A stretch of 64,000 nucleotides of DNA, taken from the NCBI GenBank assembly GCA_052326585.1, contig JBKQLU010000048.1, forward strand, positions 6,590 to 70,589. The letters are read 5' to 3'. The stretch comes from Desulfobaccales bacterium. GTDB taxonomy: Bacteria > Desulfobacterota > Desulfobaccia > Desulfobaccales > 0-14-0-80-60-11. Under the pieces are notes generated by a model. It was given only the letters and a program-made list of their open reading frames with translations, was not told the origin of the DNA and searched no databases. How positions within the stretch are numbered: the stretch's first letter is position 1; the number at the start of each line of letters is the position of its first letter. Below, one piece after another: positions 37,362 to 46,432 of the stretch. The translations under genes were made by a program, and so were the position numbers.

Positions 37362-39080
37362 TCAGCTCGGCCAATCCTGGGCCAGGCGGACGGCCCCGGC
37401 CAGGGCCTCCGGACCGTGGGCCCCCAAGGCCCGGGAGGGAAAATAGAGGAGCTGTTCCACCAGCCGGTCCTGGTCCGAGTGGCCCCGAATAAAGCGGATG
37501 CGGCCCCGGGCCAGCATGGCGGACAGGGCGGCCACCCGGCTCTCTCCGGCCAGGTGCGGGCTCACCCCCTGAAGGGGCGGACAGCCGCCCTCCTCCCGGC
37601 CCAGGCGCTCAAACTCCCGGAATAGCAGCCCCTGGAAGGGCGAATCGGCCACCCCCAGAATCCCATAGGGAGAGCGGCGGTGGCGCTGGCAGATGGACCG
37701 CAGGGCCTCCTCCAGGGTGGACCGGCAAAGGAAGGCGTCCATGACCCAAAAAGTCATCTGCCGCCGGTCCCAACCCACGGTGACCACTGCCCGGTGGCCG
37801 GCGCCGGCCCCGGCCCCCAGAGATGGCTCGAAGAAACCGGCCACCAGGAGCTGCCGGTCTTTGAGGATATCCGGATGATAGTAATGGATCCACTCTTCCC
37901 GGAACAGTCCCGCCTCTGGCAGCGGTTCGTTCATCTTCTCCCGGTTGAAGGCCACCCGGCCCAGGAAACGTTTCTGCAGCTTAAGGCGCTCCGCGGGATA
38001 GCGGGCCTCCCAGAGGGAGCTGCCGTCTTCCAGCACCGCCCGGTAGATGCGCCGCCGGAAATGGCGGAAGGGTTCCTCATCACCGGTGAGCATCAGGTGC
38101 AGGGCGCTCCGCCATCTGAGAATGGTCCCGAGGATCAACAGGTTGCCCCCGGCCTCCAGGGAGGGGAGCACCTCCAGCTTCACCCAGTCCAGGATCTGAC
38201 GGACCTCCCCGGGGCCGGCCGCCTTTGGTCGATTTTTTTCCCCATATTTTTCGTATTTCCGGTCAGGACCGGTTTCCGGATCGTCCAGGATCACCAGGTC
38301 GGGCCGGCATGACTGCCCTGAAGAAAACTTCAGGCCCCGGAGGCGCTGGCCCAGGCCCCGGGCCTTCACCCGGACGCCGTTGGCGGTGACGAAGTCGTCC
38401 ACCGGCCGCCCGGCCTTCGCCAATTCGCCGAAATCCTGGTGCAGCCTCTGATTGTAAAGCAGCTCCAGGTAGAGACGGCCGATGAGGTCGCTGGCCCGGT
38501 CCTCGCTGCCGCTCCCGGCGATGATGAAGCGCCGCCGCCGGAAGCAGATCTGGTGCAGCAGGTAGCCGAAGGCGGTCGTGGTCTTGCCGAACTCCCGGGG
38601 GGCGGCCACCACCGCCGGGTTCGCGGGTTTCGGGGTTCCTCCGCCCGCGGCCGCGCCATCCGGGCCAGCCGGCGGGTCGCCCCTACCTGCCGGGTCGTCC
38701 GGATGGGACTGCAGCTCCATAAGCTTTGCCAGTTCATAATGGAAAGGCGCCGATACCTGGGAGAAGTGATGCGGCAAATAGGTGCGGCAGAAATAGAAGG
38801 GATCGGCCGCGGCCTGCCTGAGCCGCTGCTGCTGTTTTTCTTCATTTTCCGGCCAAAACGGCGCTTCCAGGCTGAGCCGCACCAGCATCTCGTCGGCCCG
38901 CCGGCGGAACTCCGGTTGGGCCAATTTCTCTTTCAGGGTCTTTACCTCCGCCCCCGCTCTCCCGCGATTCATGTCTTTCTCCATTTCCCCGGCAGCCGGG
39001 GCCGGGCGGACCTTGGCCGGCCCGGAGCAGTCCGGCGGCTCCATCATAAAAAAGACCAAATTAAGAAAATTCCAGCTCAA
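37362..39080 (-). CDS. phage terminase large subunit (TerL)-like ATPase-nuclease
   Basis: Walker A 'VVAAPREFGKTTTAF' and Walker B 'PDLVILDDPE'. The C-terminal RNase-H-like region reads 'AVVTVGWDRR...YFPSRALGAHGPEAL'. A TTG start at 39080 overlaps the upstream small HTH gene. The first in-frame ATG codons (M12 and M13, 39047 and 39044) are alternative starts. Confidence 0.7.
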   Translation of the reverse strand: MSWNFLNLVFFMMEPPDCSGPAKVRPAPAAGEMEKDMNRGRAGAEVKTLKEKLAQPEFRRRADEMLVRLSLEAPFWPENEEKQQQRLRQAAADPFYFCRTYLPHHFSQVSAPFHYELAKLMELQSHPDDPAGRGDPPAGPDGAAAGGGTPKPANPAVVAAPREFGKTTTAFGYLLHQICFRRRRFIIAGSGSEDRASDLIGRLYLELLYNQRLHQDFGELAKAGRPVDDFVTANGVRVKARGLGQRLRGLKFSSGQSCRPDLVILDDPETGPDRKYEKYGEKNRPKAAGPGEVRQILDWVKLEVLPSLEAGGNLLILGTILRWRSALHLMLTGDEEPFRHFRRRIYRAVLEDGSSLWEARYPAERLKLQKRFLGRVAFNREKMNEPLPEAGLFREEWIHYYHPDILKDRQLLVAGFFEPSLGAGAGAGHRAVVTVGWDRRQMTFWVMDAFLCRSTLEEALRSICQRHRRSPYGILGVADSPFQGLLFREFERLGREEGGCPPLQGVSPHLAGESRVAALSAMLARGRIRFIRGHSDQDRLVEQLLYFPSRALGAHGPEALAGAVRLAQDWPS

Positions 39081-39250
39081 TCCACCTCGGCCAATTTCTC
39101 GTGCACCGCGCTGGCCAGGATTCTCAGGGTGCCACCGTTAAGCTTGACCCCCTTGAGCCGGCCCTCCCAGAACCAGCGATACACGGTGGACCTGGATACC
39201 GCCAGTTGCCGGGCCACGTCCCGGGGCCGCATCAACTCTTCTCGGTTCAT
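39077..39250 (-). CDS. excisionase-family (HTH_17/MerR-like) DNA-binding protein, possible small terminase subunit
   Basis: 'LMRPRDVARQLAVSRSTVYRWFWEGRLKGVKL'. A 4-nt overlap with terL gives a TerS-TerL-like arrangement. Confidence 0.6.
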   Translation of the reverse strand: MNREELMRPRDVARQLAVSRSTVYRWFWEGRLKGVKLNGGTLRILASAVHEKLAEVD

Positions 39251-39358
39251 CTTCACCCCTGCCTCCTTTCTGTTTCTCCAGCTCCCCTTCAAGATTCATG
39301 TCGTCCAGCAGGAGAGTTGTCCGCATCTGTCCCAAAATCGGCTCCACTAGCAACTGTC

Positions 39359-39381
39359 GGGGTGGGTTTTAAACCAGCCCC
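39359..39381. repeat. GGGGTGGG-TTTTAAA-CCAGCCCC palindromic element (copy 2)
   Basis: Related to 25107-25129 and read directly from the sequence. Confidence 0.55.
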
Positions 39382-39718
39382 GGCAAGCAAATTGAGACTC
39401 CTGGGAAAATCTCAGCAATCCCCTGAATAATCAAAATGTCTGTGGGGCGCCTGATGAGGTGCGAGCCCGGTGCAGCCCTCCGGTCACAACCCAAAAAATG
39501 ATCAAAAACCGCCTGGTGGGGATTTGCGGCGGAGGTTCGCACCTCGCGATTAGAACCCGAACCTGGAAATTGGCAGGGCGGCCACCAGGACGACGATTTC
39601 CGGGGCCTTCTCTTAACCCCTAGAATCAACGGCCAGATGGACCCCTAATTTAGGTAGGCTTTAGGAATGGCAGGATATTTTACCCATTATATTCAAATGT
39701 TATCCAGCAAGAGAGATT

Positions 39719-39734
39719 TGGCCCTGCATTTGCA
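39719..39734 (+). promoter_or_regulatory. sigma-54 (-24/-12) promoter candidate TGGCCC-N5-TTGCA
   Basis: 'TGGCCCTGCATTTGCA' has GG and GC with the canonical spacing (consensus TGGCAC-N5-TTGCW). It sits 52 nt upstream of the ATG at 39785. Confidence 0.45.
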
Positions 39735-39784
39735 ATCTTAAGCCGGCGATGACCCAACACTCATTCCACAGAGGAGATGAACGC

Positions 39785-39988
39785 ATGGATTTACTGCAGC
39801 CTAAACGGTTTTTCCGGCCGGATGAAGTAGCCGCCGTCCTGGCCCTTTCCCGCCGCACCATCTACCGCATGATCCGGGATGGGCGCCTGCCCGGGGTGAA
39901 ATGGGGCTCCGGCCCCTGGCGCATCCCCCGGGAGAGCCTGGACGGAATATTTCCCGAGGACCCGGATGCCTGGACGGCTAACCCTTAA
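39785..39988 (+). CDS. excisionase-family (HTH_17) DNA-binding protein
   Basis: 'FFRPDEVAAVLALSRRTIYRMIRDGRLPGVKWGSGPWRIPRESL'. The ATG at 39785 follows AGAGGAG. A GC-rich hairpin (agggcggg...ccccgccct) follows the stop. Confidence 0.65.
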   Translation: MDLLQPKRFFRPDEVAAVLALSRRTIYRMIRDGRLPGVKWGSGPWRIPRESLDGIFPEDPDAWTANP

Positions 39989-40185
39989 CGGTGCCACCGG
40001 GACTCGAAGGGCGGGCGGCGGTCCCTGCCCCGCCCTGAAACTTCCCTTACCGGAGGCTGCCTTGCTCCGGCCGGGTCAACATCAAGATTACCTTGCATTT
40101 TCTACAGATAAATTTAAAATAATAATTTGAACAAATCTAGTAACAGGTCAGAATGTCCATATCTGACCGCTTCTTAAGGACGATA

Positions 40186-42069
40186 ATGAATAAGCGCTTG
40201 AGCCCGTTTTCTAAGAATATCGCCTTGTGGCTGCTTATCACCCTGGTGATGATTGTGCTGTACAATTATTTCTCCATCGTCGAGAGCAACCGGGGTAAGT
40301 CCACCATCACTTACAGCAAGTTTGTGGAGATGGTGAAGGCTGACCGGGTGGCCAAGGTCACCCTGAAGGGAAATGAAATTACCGGGGAGTACTCTGACGG
40401 CAAGATCTTCAAAAGTTATGGCCCCGGCGACCCGGACATGGTGAAGTTGCTCGAGTCCAAAAAGGTGGAGATCACCGCTGAGAACAAGGATGACAGCTCC
40501 TGGTACGGGACTTTGCTGGCTTCCTGGTTGCCCATGATATTGCTGGTGGGCATCTGGATCTTCTTCATGCGCCAGATGCAGGCCGGCGGCGGCAAGGCCA
40601 TGTCCTTCGGCAAGAGCCGGGCTCGCCTGATGACCGAAAACACCGTGAAGATCACCTTCAATGACGTGGCCGGCATCGAGGAAGCCAAGGAAGAAGTATC
40701 GGAGATCATCGACTTCCTGAAAGACCCCAAGAAGTTTACCCGCCTGGGGGGACGCATCCCCAAGGGGGTCCTCCTGGTAGGGGCGCCGGGGACCGGCAAA
40801 ACCCTGCTGGCCCGGGCCATCGCCGGGGAAGCCGCGGTCCCCTTCTTTAGCATCAGCGGCTCCGACTTCGTGGAGATGTTCGTAGGCGTGGGCGCCGCCC
40901 GGGTGCGGGACCTGTTTATTCAGGCCAAGAAAAGCGCCCCCTGCATCATCTTCATCGATGAGATCGACGCAGTGGGCCGCCATCGGGGCGCCGGGCTGGG
41001 CGGCGGCCACGACGAGCGGGAGCAGACCTTGAACCAGCTCCTGGTGGAGATGGACGGATTTGAGGCCAACGAAGGGGTTATCCTGATCGCCGCCACCAAC
41101 CGCCCTGATGTGTTGGACCCGGCCCTGCTAAGGCCTGGCCGTTTCGACCGCCAGGTGGTGGTCCCGGTTCCGGACCTCAAAGGCCGGGAGGCCATCCTCA
41201 AGGTCCATACCCGCCGCACCCCTCTATCCGATTCGGTGGACCTCTCCATCCTGGCCCGGGGCACCCCCGGATTCTCCGGGGCCGATCTGGAGAACCTGGC
41301 CAATGAGGCCGCCTTGTTCGCCGCCCGCCGGGGTAACGAAACGGTGGCCATGGAAGACTTTGAGCAGGCCAAGGACAAGGTCCTCATGGGTACGGAACGC
41401 CGGAGCCTCATTCTGAGCGAGCGGGAGCGGCGCAATACCGCCTACCACGAAGCGGGCCACACCCTGGTGGCCAGGCTCAGCCCCGGCGCCGACCCAATCC
41501 ATAAGGTGACCATCATCCCCCGGGGGCGGGCCCTGGGTCTTACCCAGCAGTTGCCTCTGGACGAACGCCACACCTATTCCAAAGATTTCCTGATGTCCGT
41601 GCTCACCGTGCTTCTGGGTGGCCGGGCCGCTGAGGATCTGGTTTTTCAACAGTTTACCACCGGCGCGGGCAACGATCTGGAGCGGGCTACCGACCTGGCC
41701 CGGAAGATGGTGTGCAACTGGGGCATGAGCGATGAGCTGGGGCCGGTCACCTTCGGGAAAAAGGAAGAGCATATCTTTCTAGGCCGGGAGTTCGCCCAAT
41801 CCAAGGATTTTAGCGAGGATACGGCCCGCGTCATCGACGCCGCCATCAAAAATCTGGTATTAAAGGCCTCCGGGCAAGCGCAATCCTTGCTTTCCAAGCA
41901 CCGGGGGCAATTGGAAATCCTGGCCCAGGGCCTCCTGGAAAAAGAGACCCTGGACAGCCGGGAGATCGACAAGATCCTGGCTGTAGTTGAGCAACCGCAG
42001 GAAGAAGCCCCGGAACCCCAGGGGGAGTCGCGGGATCCCGACCAGTTTCCCTTGAGCCAGCGAGCTTAA
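40186..42069 (+). CDS. ftsH: ATP-dependent zinc metalloprotease FtsH (paralog 2)
   Basis: '[15 protein letters not shown]', Walker A 'GAPGTGKT', 'IIFIDEID', '[20 protein letters not shown]' and 'HEAGHTL'. The ATG at 40186 has SD AAGGA. It forms the conserved ftsH-folP neighbourhood. Confidence 0.95.
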   Translation: MNKRLSPFSKNIALWLLITLVMIVLYNYFSIVESNRGKSTITYSKFVEMVKADRVAKVTLKGNEITGEYSDGKIFKSYGPGDPDMVKLLESKKVEITAENKDDSSWYGTLLASWLPMILLVGIWIFFMRQMQAGGGKAMSFGKSRARLMTENTVKITFNDVAGIEEAKEEVSEIIDFLKDPKKFTRLGGRIPKGVLLVGAPGTGKTLLARAIAGEAAVPFFSISGSDFVEMFVGVGAARVRDLFIQAKKSAPCIIFIDEIDAVGRHRGAGLGGGHDEREQTLNQLLVEMDGFEANEGVILIAATNRPDVLDPALLRPGRFDRQVVVPVPDLKGREAILKVHTRRTPLSDSVDLSILARGTPGFSGADLENLANEAALFAARRGNETVAMEDFEQAKDKVLMGTERRSLILSERERRNTAYHEAGHTLVARLSPGADPIHKVTIIPRGRALGLTQQLPLDERHTYSKDFLMSVLTVLLGGRAAEDLVFQQFTTGAGNDLERATDLARKMVCNWGMSDELGPVTFGKKEEHIFLGREFAQSKDFSEDTARVIDAAIKNLVLKASGQAQSLLSKHRGQLEILAQGLLEKETLDSREIDKILAVVEQPQEEAPEPQGESRDPDQFPLSQRA

Positions 42070-42199
42070 CGGTTTGGCAATCCCGAGGTCGCGGAGAGAA
42101 ACCTGGGCCGGTTTCGGGGCCTGCCCCGATTTTTCGGGTCAGGGGCCAGCCTTGACGCCGCCCTCCATAGATGGCGCTCCGGGCCTTTCGGATTAGCCC

Positions 42200-43081
42200 A
42201 TGGCCGACACCTCTCCCTTCGCCACCTCCGTGCAGCTTCCCCCCGGCCGCCAGTCCTGGCCGGAGCTCTTGGCCTCCCGCCGCCCTCTGATCATGGGCAT
42301 TCTCAACGTCACCCCTGATTCCTTCGCGGACCACGGCCGTTTCTTCGACCATGACGCAGCCCTGGCCCAGGCCCGGAATCTGGTGGCCGCGGGGGCCGAT
42401 ATCCTGGACGTGGGCGGTGAGTCCACCCGCCCCTTTGCCGAACCGGTGTCTCTGGAAGAGGAACTACGCCGGGTCATCCCGGTCATCCGGGCCCTGGCCC
42501 CGGAAATTCCCATCCCGATTTCCATCGACACTTACAAGGCCCCGGTGGCCCGAGCCGCCCTGGCCGCCGGGGCCAGCATCATCAATGATATCAGCGCCCT
42601 GCGTTTCGACCCGGAGATGGCCCCCCTGGCCGCCGCCTCCGGGGTGGCGGTGATCCTGACGCACATGCAGGGCACCCCCCGAGACATGCAGCGGCAGCCC
42701 TATTACCACGACCTCCTGGGTGAGATCACCGCCTTTTTCCGGGAGCGCCTGGAGTTTGCCGAAAGCCGGGGCATCCTCCGGGAGCTGCTGGTCTTGGACC
42801 CGGGCCTGGGCTTCGGCAAGACTTGGGGGCATAACCTGGAGATCCTGCGCCGGTTGGAGGTCTTCCTTCAATTGGGTTGTCCCCTGCTGGTGGGGGCCTC
42901 CCGCAAGGCCTTCATCGGCAGGATCACCGGGCTGCCCAGCGGCCCGGAACGGGATGTGCCTACCCTGGCCGCCATGGCGGCCGCAGTGCAGGGCGGCGCC
43001 AGGATCATCCGCACCCATAACGTCGCCTACGCCCGCCAGTTTTTTGCGGTGTGGGAAGCGCTTTACCCAACTAATTTTTAG
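42200..43081 (+). CDS. folP: dihydropteroate synthase
   Basis: 'IMGILNVTPDSFAD', 'GADILDVGGESTRP', 'ISIDTYK', 'INDISA' and 'DPGLGFGK'. Confidence 0.92.
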   Translation: MADTSPFATSVQLPPGRQSWPELLASRRPLIMGILNVTPDSFADHGRFFDHDAALAQARNLVAAGADILDVGGESTRPFAEPVSLEEELRRVIPVIRALAPEIPIPISIDTYKAPVARAALAAGASIINDISALRFDPEMAPLAAASGVAVILTHMQGTPRDMQRQPYYHDLLGEITAFFRERLEFAESRGILRELLVLDPGLGFGKTWGHNLEILRRLEVFLQLGCPLLVGASRKAFIGRITGLPSGPERDVPTLAAMAAAVQGGARIIRTHNVAYARQFFAVWEALYPTNF

Positions 43082-43164
43082 CTTTACTCAGATAAAATTC
43101 CGGGTGATCATTTTTAAGAAAGGGCGCGGCCGGCAACCTCGCAGGCCTAATAATCGGTCCGACT

Positions 43165-43965
43165 ATGGGGCACATCTTTCAGAACCTGCGCTGGCAAGAC
43201 CTGGTGGACATCCTGCTGGTGGCCATCATCATTTACCAGGTGGTCCTGGCCCTGAAAGGCACCCGGGCCATCCAGGTCCTGGCCGGGCTGTTTCTGCTAT
43301 TTCTGGCCTATCTGGTGGCCCGCCGCTTGGAGTTCTTCACCCTGGAATGGCTCCTGGACATCATCGTCAAGAGCTTTGTCCTCATCATCATCATCCTGTT
43401 CCAGGCCGATATCCGCCGGTTGCTGGGCCGGATGGGGAAAAAAGCCCTGGCCCCGGGTGGGGAGCAACTTCCGGCGACCAGCGAAGAGGTCTGCAGCGCT
43501 ACGGAAACCATGGCCAGTCGCCACATCGGGTCCTTGATCGCCCTGGAACGCCATAACGGCCTCTCCGAATACCTGGAGGGGGCTATCACCTTGGACGCCG
43601 TGGTCACCAAGGAATTGCTCATCTCCCTCTTCTGGCCCCATACCCCCACCCATGACGGTGCGGTGGTCATCCAGAAGGATCGGGTGGCCGGCGCCGGGTG
43701 TCTGCTGCCCCTATCCAAAAACCCCAATCTCGAGCCCACCCTGGGCACCCGCCATCGCGCCGCGGTGGGGCTCAGCGAGCTAACCGATGCCGTGGTCCTG
43801 GTGGTCTCTGAAACCACCGGCCAGATCTCCCTGGCCCAGGGAGGCAAACTGCGCCAGAATCTCCGTCCCGCCGAAGCGCGCCGGGTCTTGCAGGATCTGA
43901 TGGAAACTCCCAATGAATCGAAAGGAACCTGGACTGAAAAATTGGCTCGGGCACTTTGGGCGTAA
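43165..43965 (+). CDS. cdaA: diadenylate cyclase CdaA (DisA_N/DAC domain, 3 TM)
   Basis: Three N-terminal TM helices. DAC motifs 'HDGAVVI' (DGA), 'TRHRAAVGLSE' (RHR) and 'VVLVVSETTGQISLA'. Confidence 0.9.
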   Translation: MGHIFQNLRWQDLVDILLVAIIIYQVVLALKGTRAIQVLAGLFLLFLAYLVARRLEFFTLEWLLDIIVKSFVLIIIILFQADIRRLLGRMGKKALAPGGEQLPATSEEVCSATETMASRHIGSLIALERHNGLSEYLEGAITLDAVVTKELLISLFWPHTPTHDGAVVIQKDRVAGAGCLLPLSKNPNLEPTLGTRHRAAVGLSELTDAVVLVVSETTGQISLAQGGKLRQNLRPAEARRVLQDLMETPNESKGTWTEKLARALWA

Positions 43966-44851
43966 CAAAGGCCTCAAGCTCCTGTCGCTGCTGCTGGCGC
44001 TGGCCTTGTGGTTTGCCGTCAGCGGTGAAGAGCGCACCGAAACCAGCCTGCACGTGGCCCTGGAGTTCGCCAACCTGCCGACCCAGATGGCGATCGTCGG
44101 CGAAGTCCCCTCCGAGTTGCAGGTTCGGGTTATCGGGCCTCAGTCCGTGGTCAACCGGCTATCCGAAAGCCACCTGACCCAGAACATCGACCTGGCCAAT
44201 TATAAGAGCGGCTCCCACACCTTTTACCTGGGGCCCAGCAGCTTCTCCTTTCCCCAGGGGGTGCTGGTGCTCCGGATTCAGCCCAATCCCATATTCCTCC
44301 GCCTTTCCCCCAGCATCAGCGCCACCTTGCCCATCAGGCCGGTGCTGGCCGGTATTCTTCCGGAAGGTTATGAACTGAAGAGCCTCGACACCAAGCCGGC
44401 GGAGGTCACGGTCAGCGGTCCCGAAGAGGAACTCAAGGATCTCAAATTTCTGCCCACCCATCCCATCGAGCTGAGCGGCCTCACGGAGCCAAGCACCGTG
44501 CGCACGGACCTCGATTTTAAGAACCTCCACCTCACCTTGAAGGCTCAGGTCCCCATCCTGGCGGAACTGGTGATCCAGCCCAAGACCTTGACCCGCACCC
44601 TCTCCGGAGTTCCGGTGATCCCGGAGCCGAACCCGGCCAGGCTGCAGCCACCCCAGGTGGCCGTCACCGTCCAGGGCTCCTGGTTCCAGATGAAGGAGCT
44701 GAAACCTGCCGAGATCCAGGCCCGGGTAGATACCGGAAATCTAGGTCCAAGACGGTCGCGGCTCCGGGTGGCCATCGGCCTGCCCGAGGGGGTCGGCCTG
44801 GTACGGGTGGAGCCCGCCTGGGTGAACGCCACCCGGCCGGGGGCGCATTGA
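43913..44851 (+). CDS. cdaR: YbbR-domain protein CdaR (CdaA regulator)
   Basis: N-terminal TM segment 'LKLLSLLLALALWFAV'. Repeated YbbR-like beta segments. The gene overlaps the cdaA 3' end, as in cdaA-cdaR operons. Confidence 0.78.
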   Translation: MNRKEPGLKNWLGHFGRNKGLKLLSLLLALALWFAVSGEERTETSLHVALEFANLPTQMAIVGEVPSELQVRVIGPQSVVNRLSESHLTQNIDLANYKSGSHTFYLGPSSFSFPQGVLVLRIQPNPIFLRLSPSISATLPIRPVLAGILPEGYELKSLDTKPAEVTVSGPEEELKDLKFLPTHPIELSGLTEPSTVRTDLDFKNLHLTLKAQVPILAELVIQPKTLTRTLSGVPVIPEPNPARLQPPQVAVTVQGSWFQMKELKPAEIQARVDTGNLGPRRSRLRVAIGLPEGVGLVRVEPAWVNATRPGAH

Positions 44852-44919
44852 TTTTCTGAGTCGGCCAAACTTGATACCTTGATAAACCGCCGGGCAATAT
44901 TTATAAGAATCTAACCCCC

Positions 44920-45924
44920 ATGGATAATTCTGCCACCCCCTACCTCAAACACCGCCTCATCGCCATCTCCGCCTCCGTGGCCATCGGCCTGGGGTTGATG
45001 GTGCTGAAATTCGTCGCCTTTTGGATCACCGACTCCGCCGCCATCCTCTCCGATGCCCTGGAGTCCATCATCAACGTGGTGGCCGCTTCTTTTGCCCTGT
45101 GGAGTATCATCTATGCCGCCCGCAGCCCCGATCCGTCGCACCCTTACGGGCACGGCAAGATGGAATATTTTGCCGCCGGCTTTGAAGGTGCCCTCATCAT
45201 CCTGGCGGCCCTGGGCATCTTCTATGAGGCGTGGCCCCGGCTTTTGCATCCCAAGGCCATCTCCAGCCTGGCCAGCGGACTCTATCTCATCCTGGCGGCG
45301 GCGGCGATCAATCTCATTTTGGGCCTGGCTTTGGTGCGCGTGGGCAAGCGCACCGGCTCCCTGGTCCTGGTGGCCGACGGCAAGCACATCCTCACCGATG
45401 TCGTCACCACCGCCGGGGTGGTGCTGGGCCTGGCGGGGGTCATGGCCACCGGCTGGAACTGGCTGGACGGCGGCGTGGCCATCCTGGTAGGGTTGAGTAT
45501 CCTGATTACCGGGGCCCTGCTGGTGCGGCAATCCTCGGCTGCCTTGCTGGACACCTCGGACCCCGAGCTTTTGCAAGATATCTGCGGAGTCATCGCCCGG
45601 CATCGCCGGATTGCATGGATCGACGTCCACCAGCTTCGGGCCCGCCGCTCCGGTTATCATGTCTTCATGGACTTCCACCTTATTTTGCCCCGGGACCTGA
45701 GCCTGGAGGCCAGCCACGATGAAGTCAAGAAACTGGAGAAGATCTTGAATGATCACTTTGAAGGGCGGGCGGATATCCTGATCCACGCCGATCCCTGCGC
45801 CGACCCGGAGTGCCCCATCTGCGGTCACGCTCCCTGTGGACATCGCCGGGAAGACCACACGAGGCAGCGCCTCTGGACCCAAGAGAACCTGACCTGCGGC
45901 GACCCGACGGGCACCAGACGTTGA
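44920..45924 (+). CDS. cation diffusion facilitator (CDF) family metal efflux transporter with Cys/His-rich tail
   Basis: 'SAAILSDALESIINV', 'HPYGHGKMEYF' and 'ADGKHILTDVV'. C-terminal 'HADPCADPECPICGHAPCGHRREDH'. Confidence 0.88.
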   Translation: MDNSATPYLKHRLIAISASVAIGLGLMVLKFVAFWITDSAAILSDALESIINVVAASFALWSIIYAARSPDPSHPYGHGKMEYFAAGFEGALIILAALGIFYEAWPRLLHPKAISSLASGLYLILAAAAINLILGLALVRVGKRTGSLVLVADGKHILTDVVTTAGVVLGLAGVMATGWNWLDGGVAILVGLSILITGALLVRQSSAALLDTSDPELLQDICGVIARHRRIAWIDVHQLRARRSGYHVFMDFHLILPRDLSLEASHDEVKKLEKILNDHFEGRADILIHADPCADPECPICGHAPCGHRREDHTRQRLWTQENLTCGDPTGTRR

Positions 45925-46058
45925 AGCCCGGACGGCCTCGTGATAAAATGGAGCAGTAGCGAGGACGGGGTGGCTTAAGGCGCGGCTCGCCCGCAACTCC
46001 AATGAACCAAACAGCCAAAATCTCCCGGCTCGATCCCAATTCAAGGAGCAGCGTTTTT

Positions 46059-46331
46059 ATGAAGATGCTCAAAATCCTGGCCGTTTTCCTGGTAGTCCTG
46101 GCCCTGGCCGCCGGCCCGGTCCTGGCTGCAGAGTCCCAGCCCCAGACCGTCTGCCCGGTATTGGGCGGCAATATCGATAAAAAAGTCTTTACCGATTATC
46201 AGGGGAAGCGCATCTACTTCTGCTGCGCCGGCTGTCCCGCGGAATTCAAAAAAGACCCGGAAAAATACCTGAAGAAGATGGAGGCAGAGGGGGTTACCCT
46301 GGAAAAGTGCCCTGAGACCAAGGCCAAATAG
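46059..46331 (+). CDS. exported YHS/TRASH-domain metal-binding protein
   Basis: Signal peptide 'MKMLKILAVFLVVLALAAGPVLA'. 'CPVLGGNIDKKVFTDYQGKRIYFCCAGCPAEFKKDPEKYL' is a YHS-type motif. Confidence 0.75.
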   Translation: MKMLKILAVFLVVLALAAGPVLAAESQPQTVCPVLGGNIDKKVFTDYQGKRIYFCCAGCPAEFKKDPEKYLKKMEAEGVTLEKCPETKAK

Positions 46332-46432
46332 AAAGGGCCCAATCCAGAGAGGCTTTTTGATGTGACCTTAATGCTCCCAGGCAATCTTGCCCTGGTTAAA
46401 TTATCCTGACTGAGATCAGGCGGCTTTCTTCT

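Noticed and set aside
39451-39458. CUGAUGAG, the conserved hammerhead-ribozyme core word
   Set aside because: No downstream GAAA element is present, and no stem I/II/III pairing could be drawn. An 8-mer match alone is not significant.
39529-39560. tRNA T-arm-like sequence (GGAGGTTCGCACCTC) in the spacer next to the terminase remnant, a possible att relic
   Set aside because: The stem is only 4 bp with a 6-nt loop. There is no acceptor strand or CCA, and no matching tRNA in the window. It is too weak to call.
39369-39629. 86-aa minus-strand ORF (and the 39101-39430 plus-strand ORF) in the spacer between the HTH genes
   Set aside because: There is no SD or start context. The products are low complexity. 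The plus-strand ORF also runs across the palindromic repeat and antisense to the HTH/TerL junction.
44911-46044. 377-aa antisense ORF opposite the CDF transporter
   Set aside because: The plus-strand product has canonical CDF TM motifs. The minus-strand product is low complexity.
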